From Perkinsus olseni (lineage: Eukaryota), in contig JABANN010000061.1 in NCBI GenBank assembly GCA_013115125.1, forward strand, positions 62,001-88,421: 26,421 nucleotides of DNA. Reading direction: 5' to 3'. A program made the translations under genes and the position numbers. Under the pieces are notes generated by a model, which worked only from the letters and a program-made list of their open reading frames with translations, made no database searches and was not told the origin of the DNA. Below, one piece after another: positions 1 to 9,459 of the stretch. Positions within the stretch are counted from its first letter, which is position 1. Each line of letters begins with the position of its first letter.

Positions 1-2162
1 AGCTGCTTGATGAGGTCAGCGCTGCTCTCAAGGTCCGCCTGCAGCTCCGTGAAGGGCTGCAGCCAATCCGGCAGTCTGCCCAGAGCCATCGTGCTGAAGG
101 TCTCTGGCGGGATCGTTCTGATCCTCAACCCGTATGAAAAGCGAACATCGTCGAACTCCTGATCGACATTGGCCGCCGGTTGCAGGAACCAGCCGTGGAA
201 GGGGTCGTAGGGCTCGCCAGGGTTGCCCATGACCACATTATCAGCATCAGGGAAGCGCCAGGCGTCCGGATGGAACATCATAACATCCACGAACTCCAGG
301 CGCATGTAGAAGAGGTGGGACTTCTTCCTCTGCATCTCGAACCACATGATGCCGTTCTGATCCCTGATGTGCTGCCGCATGAACTGCTCCCTAGTGGCGA
401 AATCGTAGAGGTAGAGGTTGCTCAGGACGCAAGGGTCTCTGCCCATCTTCAGACTCTCGTTGGTGATATCATTCAGACTAGGACGGAACATGTGGGTCCA
501 CCTCTGCCCCCGTTCCCTAGCTCGCTCAATCGCCAGCCTCATGTGCGTCGGTTCAATACCAGCCGCCACACGACAGGTTGTGGCTCTGATGCGGCCATCG
601 AAAAGGCTGTCCTGCCTTCCTCGGTAGGCGATGTCTGCCCAGTCCTCGGTCCCTCGTTCGCCCCCTTCGACCGAGTCCCTACTAGAGACATGCGACTTCG
701 TGTCGTTAGCCCCCCGTGATGCCGACAACGCAGCAACGCCGTCACCACCGGTCCTCCTGAGACAATCAACAATCACAAGCCCAGGACGTATCCAAACTTA
801 CGTGTTCGCCGCTGAGCCCGCAGCGTCCGTGGAGGCCTCATCTCCGACACTCTCACCGTAGGCTACCATGAGGGCCCTCTTAGCCAGGGCAGTCCCCCGC
901 GAGTCGGCCGGACCCGCCAGCCCGCTGTCTTCGGCGACATCGAGCACTAAGTCGGCGATGTCCTTCACTTCACGGAAGACATGGCTCTGCATTTCAGGAG
1001 GCATGTTAGCCCGCACAAAGTCTCTCTCAGGCCTCCCGAGGGCGTAGGTGGCGGGAGTACTGATGCGACTCTCAGTGACCTTCCCGACGCCTGCAGTAGC
1101 AGAGAGGTCGACCAGTGGTGGTCTCGCCATATCTTCGGAAGTTGATTCATCGCGGAAGCCTCGATGACGTTGTCTCTCAGCCTCGACCACTGCCCGAGTT
1201 ACCGTTCCAAGACCACCTCTGCCAGCATCGCTAGCGCCAGATACGGCGGACCTGCACGGAAGCGTAGGACACGGCCATCACTGTCACTTGGACCCACCTG
1301 CTCGCCGAGCCTTTTGCGGAGGTATCCTCTTCTTCGTCCTCCTCACTCTCCCCTTCTTCTAGTATGGTGTCCGCCACAGTGTGGTGGTGATGGTGCTTGG
1401 GTATACCGGGCATGGACTTGAGCATCTTAGACTTCATAGGAGCGAAGGCCGTTGCCACAGGAGGCTTGGAAGATAACGGAGGGAACTGTGGATGGGCCTT
1501 CGGTCCCTTATGGGTCACTTCCGTGTTGTCCTTAACGAGTAGCTGCTCAGTGGCCTCGCTGCCTACAAATAACCCTGGCTGCATCATCCACTACTGCCGA
1601 CTCCTAGAGAGCATCACCTCCGTCATCATCCTCCATCTGCTCTCCCATGCTGCTATCATCTCCCCTAGGGGACGGATCATCCACGTTGATTTCGGGGTTC
1701 AAGTCAAACTCTCTCCGCCGCTCCTAATGCCAGCAAGTGTGGCGGGCCGTGGCAGCCTAGCCTACCTGCTCCGAGCTCTCATTGGACTCGTCGATCTCCC
1801 CGCCCTGTTTCATCTCTTGGTACTCCGTCACTGTCACTGTGAAGTTACGAGGGAAGTAGCCAATGCGTGAAGGGTTGTTAGCAAGTCGGCCGAGCCACCA
1901 CTGATTCTGAGCAGCAGCCAAAGGATATCAGTCGCACTCTCCCGACCAACGGGCGAAGTACGTCTTTTGGTCCGTTCAAGACTTCGATGTTGTCCCCAGC
2001 AAAGAGCCTCATAAGCCGCTGACCTTCCCTTTTGAATGGCCAGCTTACCTACACACATCCACTGCTCGGGGGGGGGGGGTGCTAGGTAGAAAAGCTTACC
2101 GCGGCCGGGTCGAAGGAGTGCAGGGCCACCACTGTTTTTCCCTCGATGCCACCAAGCGTCAT
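1..2162 (-). CDS. SH3-domain protein, multi-exon, 3'-partial (runs off the left edge); probably the 3' half of the gene at 2303-5841
   Basis: Splicing GT-AG introns 2049-2099 and 1907-1961 gives KTVVALHSFDPAAVSWPFKREGQRLMRLFAGDNIEVLNGPKDNQWWLGRLANNPSRIGYFPRNF, which has the SH3 hallmarks (ALxxF, GDxIxVL, WWxG, GYFPxNF). Further in-frame introns (two between about 1570 and 1765, then 1252-1297 and 757-801) join an acidic/His-run exon and an open frame from 756 to 1 (RLAIERARERGQRWTHMFRPS...WFEMQRKKSHLFYMRLEFVDVMMFHPDAWRFP...). Confidence 0.78.
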
Positions 2163-2302
2163 CGGAGGAGGTGATGAAGCGGGGCAACTACGGTACTGGC
2201 GCGATGACCCCTTACCAATCCTTTCTGTGACAACACAAGGCGCTTTATGGGCCAACGAGCAAGCATGAAATCGAGGTGGCGTGTCGAAGAATCATCCGCA
2301 GG

Positions 2303-5300
2303 CTAATCGAACAAAGTCGTGTGACAGGGAAGAAGTCGGCGGCGTCCTCCTCCCACGGCGCTGCTTGCGACCGACGTCGGCCGAGTACTGGCAGGGTCGG
2401 ATCTCGACGCATCAGCTGCTGTGGGTAGGGCCGAACGAGGCACTTTCCTCCGGCAGAATCTGCAAACAAGCTCCGATGAGGAGGGATGATGAGGCCTGTC
2501 GTAGGCCCAGAGAGCGTCAAAGAGTCGCTTCCGCAAGGAGTAGTCGTCCACCAATCGAATCAGCCGCACTAGATCCTCACTGCCAGCTCGAGTCGGAACC
2601 TCAGTGCCGAGAGCCGACGTAGAACGCCTCCGCAGAATCGATCGAGGGGTACCATGGAACTCTCCCGATAAGCCCGCTTTGGCGGCTCTCTCTTTAAGCA
2701 ACTGTCGGCCCCGGCCCGGTAGTAGCCGCATAACCTCAGATGCTGCATGCAGGACGTCGCGAGGCACCCGGGGAGCAACAGCACGCACGAGCGCCGCTCT
2801 GTGAAGGAGGTCCACCACGCTCGCCAAAGTATGGCTGGGTTGACTCCGTCCCTCAGCATTGATGAAAGCCGAGCTGAGCCAGTTGAGGCGAGGAGCATAG
2901 TCGCAGTGATCCTCGGCACAAGGGGCGGGGAACTGCGGCAAGAAGCCAGCAAGACGGTCGACAGCCATGCGGCATTCTTCCGTCAGCACCGCTTCCTCTG
3001 TCGATGCCCCCTGAGCTCCATCAGAAGCCGGTAGAGAGGCGGCCACCGGGCGCGCTCGAGCCTCCGACGATGGTTGAGGTCCACCCTCTGCGAAGCCCAT
3101 ACTTGAAGCATCCCCACTGCGTGCAGCTGCTGTACCGGTACTTGGACGCTGCAGCGACTGTGATCCGGTACTTCGATCCGCCCCCGTCAAATGATCTTCA
3201 TCATCACCCGACTTCCCCGTTCCCCCCGAGCTTCTCCCGCTAGTGACGTCCTCGTCATGCGCCTCAGTGGGAGTCTCTTGACCAACAGAGGGACTGGACA
3301 GCCTGGGCTGGCCAGGCTGGCCATCCTCCACTAAGGCCTGCAATGCGGCCCCAGGCTTGAACCCTTCACCCGAGTGTTGATCGCCAGCGCCGGATCCCTG
3401 TGATGAGCCTAGTAGCGCACCTTCGGCAGCTCTCTTGGGATCCACGCCCGACACCATCTGAGAAACCCTCTCTGAGGCCTTCATTCCCAAAGCATCCTCC
3501 AATGACTGACCATCCACTATCGACACGTCAGCAGCCTCTACACGCTGGTCCTCTGGGGCCCCAGCGACGGTGTCCATCAGGGCTGAATCTGTCGACTCCA
3601 ACGCTAGAGCATCGTCAACACAGCACTGGATTGACGGGGGCTGTCGAACGCCTCGCTCATCAGTCAAATGGTCACTCACAGCCTCCGTCACCGCCCCACC
3701 GGCAGACCCTTCTCCATTGCTCGATCGGTTACCTCCCTCCCCACCCTCCGCGACCTCGTCCCCATTAGACAGCACGCACTGCGAAGGGTGTTTGTACGTA
3801 GGCACCACTGGAACTGCATCGGCCGAGACCTCTGCCAAACCACTTAGTTGATGTGATGGTCCCTCCACAGTAACCGAACAAGTTCCTTTCTCGTCTGCCA
3901 AAGCCGGTTGGCTCAGCCTCTGGGCCTGCTCCCCCTCGGGAGACCTGCCACCGCAGGAGCCTGCCATCGAGGATGTCGCCGCATGCATGCTCTTCACGAT
4001 CAGAGCTTCCGACGCTTCGCCATTCAATTCAACTCCCACCCGCCCGAACCCTTCTCCGCCACTTGGCTGACTCCCAGAGGAAGAAGGGCTCTGCATACCT
4101 CCTCCTCCCACATGAGACACCCCACCAGCTGCAGCGGCCCTGGCGAGGAGCTTTTCGAAATCATCACTAAACGCGCTCTCGCCCGTCACGTTGAAGGCTG
4201 CAAGAGTGCCCTCAACGGCAGCTGTCACGTCTTTCCACAGCTCCAAACTCGCTACAGCAAAGTGTCCACCACTATGCAGTTGCCGCTGCGCTGCTCTTCC
4301 AAAAGATTTCTCCAGTCGCCGGGCCAGATCTTGCAGGAGCTCACGCACGTCTGCTGCTGGTGGTGGTGTTGTTGATGGCGCAGTCTGCTAGGACCGGGAT
4401 CAAACAGTCGAACACAGACCGTTACGCAGCCCACCTCAAGAGGCACCTCTGTGTCCAACCCCACGGCAACTACCGCGCTGCTTTGCAGGTCCGTCGACCG
4501 TGTCTTGGGTGCATCATGCAACCCAGTAGACTGGCAGTACCTACGAAGACCACCAACGCTGTCGTCATTACTCATCTTCAATAATCATGGCCAGTCCTGG
4601 TACTTGTGCTTCTGTCCGGTTCGGCGGTTCTCAAGTCTGAGCTTCCTGCTATTTCCTCTCAAGCCCTTCACAGTGCGTTCAAGTCGAGTTACTTTCTTCG
4701 ACAAGCCGGATAGCTGACGCTGATAGACCTGCCATACAGTTTGGGCATCTCATCAGGGTGGCCCAGCCGAAAACAACAACAGCGAACCTCAAGTAGTGAC
4801 ACCAAAAGGGAAAACCAGGTCTCCAGATCCCGGAGCGCATCCGCGCAAGCCTTTGCCGTAGCAAGAACATAAACCTGAGCCGGAAAACGCCGATCCTTCC
4901 TCCCCCCTTCGGCCTCTCATGGCTATTACCCCTCTAGGGCCCCCAGCCAGCCACTCCTCGTGGTCCCTAGGCAACCTCGCTTCCCGTATCATATGTGAAG
5001 TTCGATGAATCTAAACAGTGGCGGTGATGCCCACAGGTGGCGAGGACTTGAACCCACCCGCCCCAACACAACTTCGGTAGCGCCCAAGATCTCCCCGACC
5101 CACCGTTCCTCCACCGAGGAACTGCTCAACAATGATGATACAGAAGAGGAACAACGCCTCCGACTCACTTTGCAAGCTGTGCAATCCTCTCTCCGAAATC
5201 AGTACCCTCCTCCTTCCCCTTCAGTTTCCACCGCTCCAGCATCCATTCAGTCTCCAGGAAGCGCTCGTAGGGGTGTTTTTCGAAGAGTCTGTCGAGCATC

Positions 5301-5841
5301 GCTACCCCGGCTGGTCCAGAGCTCCTCCCATGGCGGACTGCCTGCTGAGAACCACTCTACCGCACTCGCCGAACGTCCAAGGTGTTACTTCATTCTGTGA
5401 GGTCTGAGTCTCAGCCGACTGTCTCCCATAATGACGCAACGCCCTGTCTGAAACGTCGAGGACTCTTCTGGCTCGCTCCATGCTCCTGATAGAGACATCC
5501 GTATCACGTCAAAGAGGCCCTCTTGAATGCGTGCTACCCATCTTGATCGATGTTCGCCATCGTTAGCTCCTCGTCAGGCCCTATCTTTCGGAAGCAGTCC
5601 TGGCCGTCGCTCCAGTCCTTGGACATGTCAAAAGCATTGGGCCAGGCGCTTTGCGCTCAACTGGCATCACGCTCCCCCAAGTGGAGTACGTCGGCCACGT
5701 GAGACGACTCCCAGCTGGGTGAAATCCTAGGCCTTAACAAACACAAGCACCGATCATTAAACAGACGAGTGACTGACTTAGGGCAATTATACGTGATAAT
5801 GCAAGGTCGCCGAGTACTGCAGAATATGGCGCCACATTCAC
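2303..5841 (-). CDS. Large multi-exon hypothetical protein: helical/coiled-coil N-terminal part plus a long Ser/Gly/Glu low-complexity exon; 5' end approximate
   Basis: The 681-codon ORF 2303-4348 joins in frame, through a chain of short GT-AG introns, to upstream exons (...AWPNAFDMSKDWSDG...SMERARRVLDVSDRALRHY...LDRLFEKHPYERFLETEWMLERW...SHMIREARLPRDHEEW...VYVLATAKACADALRDLETWFSLLVSLLEVYQRQLSGLSKKVTRLERTVKGL...). No family recognised. The junction to the SH3 exon (about 2160-2360) is ambiguous. Confidence 0.6.
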
Positions 5842-6078
5842 CTACATCAATACCATCCATCCACCAACTACTGAAGCGTAGAATGGAGGCAACTAATATG
5901 CTGGAGCCATTGAGACCCAATGAACCACACCGTGGGAAGTAAACGGCGACGACAGGCTGATAGAGTGGAAATCAACAAAATATTCGCAAACATTACGGCA
6001 CTTGTACGTGCGCTCATCGGTTCGTTTTGAACTCAGCAAGCAGAGTCCTTCCAAGAGAAAGACGCACACAACAGATCA

Positions 6079-7011
6079 TCAAACCGGTGGACTGCCTGGA
6101 TGCATCATCTCAGGCCCTGCATAAGGGCCGTAAGCCTGGGCCACAGGCACCACACCGTAGGCCCCACAGGGCAAAATATACGGCACCGGGACAGGAGCTA
6201 GCACTGTCCTGTCACTGCTCGCGTCACCATATAGAGATGGGGCAGCTGGGAGAAGTCCACCTGGGACGGGGATCGCCGAGTAGAAAGGAGGAGCGGCCCC
6301 TGTGCACAGACCGGGTGCGTTGACGTAATACATGAGATGATAACCGGGGTAGTTGGGCAGCCCTGGCTGCCTGGTAGTCGAGAACTCCTGATAATCTCCG
6401 AGCTCGGTCCTCTCGCCGTGAATATCTTCAATATCCTCAGTCAGGAAGGCAGGGGTCTCAGAGTTACTCCGGCGACCGACGGTGGGAGTACTCCGCGAGC
6501 TGATCTTGCACGAGTCATGGTCGAGGTCAGAAGGGGTGGTAGACGCGGAACTGGCCTTGCTCGAAGACGGATCTCGAACATAGGGATGCTCAGCAACTCC
6601 CACATCATCTCCACTCGGCCAGTCGTCAGGGATGAGCTCGGATTCACCGTGGGCGTAGCGGCACTTGTTACCTAGCTTGCAGAAGCCAGACTCATAGAAG
6701 GAACACATCTTGGTCTTGAAGAAGGCATTAGTCGACCTAACCTGCCTTATATCATGTGCATAAGGACACCGCCTATGGTTCGAGCATGCACCCTTTTGAA
6801 GCAACGCTCGGCACATACGGGTCTTAGAAAGGTCGGGCTTCTCCCTCAGCTCCTCCTTCGTGTGAGCGTGACTGCAAGTAGCCCCCTTGCTGCAGCTGCC
6901 GTTCAACATGAACTTGCACATCTCGGTCTTGTAAAATTGGTTCAAATAGCGATTGTGCCAGGCATCGCGAGCGTTGGTGAAGATCTTCTGAGGGGCAGGG
7001 GTGTCACCCAT
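6079..7011 (-). CDS. Intronless CCCH zinc-finger RNA-binding protein (three tandem C3H1 fingers, TIS11/ZFP36-like), 310 aa
   Basis: Three fingers with [YSF]KTxMC lead-ins: YKTEMCKFMLNGSCSKGATCSHAH, SKTRMCRALLQKGACSNHRRCPYAH, FKTKMCSFYESGFCKLGNKCRYAH. These are followed by a Ser-rich and Pro/Tyr/Gly-rich tail in an uninterrupted ATG-to-TGA ORF. Confidence 0.93.
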   Translation of the reverse strand: MGDTPAPQKIFTNARDAWHNRYLNQFYKTEMCKFMLNGSCSKGATCSHAHTKEELREKPDLSKTRMCRALLQKGACSNHRRCPYAHDIRQVRSTNAFFKTKMCSFYESGFCKLGNKCRYAHGESELIPDDWPSGDDVGVAEHPYVRDPSSSKASSASTTPSDLDHDSCKISSRSTPTVGRRSNSETPAFLTEDIEDIHGERTELGDYQEFSTTRQPGLPNYPGYHLMYYVNAPGLCTGAAPPFYSAIPVPGGLLPAAPSLYGDASSDRTVLAPVPVPYILPCGAYGVVPVAQAYGPYAGPEMMHPGSPPV

Positions 7012-7064
7012 AGTAACAACAAAAAGCAGCGACGTGAATCTTGAGCGAATTGTTGAAATGCTCG

Positions 7065-7147
7065 AGAAACTCCGGTCCCGGGGTTCGAACCCGAGACCTT
7101 CATCCTGAACGCACGCACACGGCAGTGACGCAAAACCATCAGAAACT
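7065..7147 (-). other. tRNA-like/B-box element (T-loop hairpin); not a functional tRNA
   Basis: The minus strand reads AAGGTCTCGGG-TTCGAAC-CCCGGGACC: a 9-bp stem (7074-7098) capped by a canonical T-loop/B-box. The D-arm, anticodon stem and acceptor stem do not pair properly. AGAAACT occurs as a direct repeat at 7065-7071 and 7141-7147. Confidence 0.5.
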
Positions 7148-7176
7148 TCTGTTCGATAGTGTCTGACCTCTTCGCC

Positions 7177-9195
7177 ATGGACACCACTTCAGCTCCACAA
7201 ATTATCGAGCATATCAACGAGCCCCTCAACTTCACTCCTTTTGATGTGAGACCGACACTTCCGCAAACCGCTCAATCCGCGAATTCCCGCCAGACTCTCG
7301 TGACTCACACAGATTTCCTCGCCTTCTTGCGCCTGTCGTACAAGCTTCGAGCTAGGACAAGGCGTGAGATGTCCTAGCGTTAGGTTCGTTGGGTACCCCG
7401 GTCAGCCCGCTTCGCTGTGATGGGCCAGTTCCCCAAAGCCACGGGAGCTGTTCGCATTTGCGAGATGGATCAAGGAAAACTCACTAAGTTGGTAGAGAAA
7501 GAATGGCCTGTTGGTAATGCCTCTCGCAAAAGAGGTTTCTTCTACCCGCGAAAATCACATGGCTGGTGGAATGCCATAAGGCTTGTCAAACAGACATCGA
7601 TCCCTGTAGGGGTTAAGTGCGGAACGTTCGCGGCTTCCCCGTCGTACGAGAGCCGCCATCTGGCTATCGGCGACTACGGCGGACGGCTGACGCTCTTTGA
7701 CGTGGATCGTATGGACAAACCCTTCTTCAGTGTCAAGGCACACGACTCCATAATCAACGCTATTGATGGTAATAAGACCACGCTGTCTGTCGAGGTCGTA
7801 TGGGCCATCCAAGGCGTATCCAGCAATCACTCGCCGACTGCAAACTCGTAACTCATACTGGAATTCCCAGGGTAGCTCTGTAACGGTTTCAGGATGCAAA
7901 GGCCCTGGACCTGTGGAGGTTGTCACCGGGTCCAGAGATGGCAGCGTAAAGATCTGGGATCCCCGAACACAAGACCCTGTGGTCTGCCTAGAACCGGTGA
8001 CCACAGTGATCGACCCGCGTGATTAAGCGACCGGTCGTGGCAGGTACCGGAGGCCCGAGCGGCGAGTGCCGGAGTGTCGGTAGCAGACTGCTGGGCCGTG
8101 GCTTTCGGGAATGCGTATAACGAGATCGAGCGAGTCGTCGCTGCCGGGTAACGATCGGTCATGGTCGCCGGTGCCACCAGTACGAACCAGGGTAGTTACG
8201 ATAACGGAGATATCAAGCTTTTCGACCTTCGTACGATGCAGCTTCGATGGGACACCAATGTCAAGAACGGCGTCACACATGTCGCGTTTGATAGGAAGGA
8301 CATCAAGATGAACAAGCTTGCCGTCAGCTGCCTCGAAGCTACCATGATCGTTTACGATATGCGTAGGGGAATCGCGTCAGGAAGGCGACTCTCAGTCAAA
8401 CTGTTCGGCCTGAGCCTCCTTATGAGTGTAAGGCGTGACGCATGTTTACCATGTATAGTAAGGAGTGTATTGAGTATCTTTCTATTTCCTCGTAGCCGCC
8501 CTCTGAGTGTAGCCCAATGATGGCAGGTTGGTCGCGGTACCGAGGGTCGGTCGTTGAGGCCAGTAGAGATTAATGATTGTTGGTAGGGACATACAATCCG
8601 ACCACTGGCTACAGTGGGTGTCTCGAGAAGGTCTTGACCAGAGGGGAAAACCAGAAAAATCAGCCACAAGGAGGCGCCGGTCAGCACTGGGAACTGGCTG
8701 CCGCCCTACAGCGAGCGAGCCGCTGCAGGGACGGTTTGGGGATGCCACTTCCTGCCGCAGAATCGTGACATCTGGTGCACCGCTGGGGGGTCGGGAGGCC
8801 TCTTCCTGTGAGTCTCACCGACAGCAATACTAGGCCATAGGTTCTCACCGTTCAGGCACAAGTACAACTACCCGATGGAGCGGGAGACACGCGACAAAAA
8901 CAACAATCCTGTTGGTGAGTGCTCTGGACAGGCCTGATCGACCACGCTCGGGTATAGGTGTTGCTGGCACCTGCGAGCTGTTGAATCAACGTGATGTATC
9001 GACGCAGCCAATCATCGCCTTCGATTGGCATCCTGACAAGGAGGGCTTGGCTGTTATGGGCAGCCTCGATCAGACCGTCAAGGTTGCTATTTGTAAGAAC
9101 AGTGCACCACAGGACTCGTCTGTGTACAGGCGAATTTCTGAGTACTCAGCGTGTAGCTCATTTTTCATACAGGCACCAAGCTCAACTTGTACTGA
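7177..9195 (+). CDS. WDR92: WD-repeat protein 92 / dynein axonemal assembly factor 10 (R2TP-prefoldin associated), multi-exon
   Basis: The spliced product follows WDR92 from end to end: [178 protein letters not shown]. All inferred introns are GT-AG. Confidence 0.96.
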
Positions 9196-9459
9196 CCACC
9201 CTGGCGCCATAGATCTCGGTCGTCGTTTCTCATGCCCTGACTACCGACATCTGCTCTGTGTCTTCTATGACTGTCTTGTGTTGCTGAGTTACTAGCCACG
9301 ATACTCGTACGGCGGATAGCGAGTTGTTCGCCCGATCAGTGGTCGTCGATCACTCAGTGAGAGTCGGTGCGGGACGCAACGTAAAACCCTGGCTGGCAGA
9401 ATCTGGTCTTTCCAGTTCTACGAGCACATCCTCGCGGACTTCTCCGAAGGGTGTGAACA

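Noticed and set aside
180..719. 179-aa plus-strand ORF and similar plus-strand ORFs over 1397-4717
   Set aside because: These are antisense shadows of the minus-strand gene, which has coherent splice sites and protein-like content.
5005..5407. Plus-strand ORFs, and a B-box-like GGTTCAAGTCC on the minus strand near 5045-5056
   Set aside because: The region is explained by minus-strand exons. The motif lies at an intron donor and forms no T-stem or cloverleaf.
7071..7143. Functional tRNA (Glu-TTC or Sec/opal-TCA) or hammerhead ribozyme
   Set aside because: The acceptor and anticodon stems mismatch, there is no D-loop GG and no long variable arm, and the hammerhead core (CUGANGA/GAAA/UH) is not satisfied.
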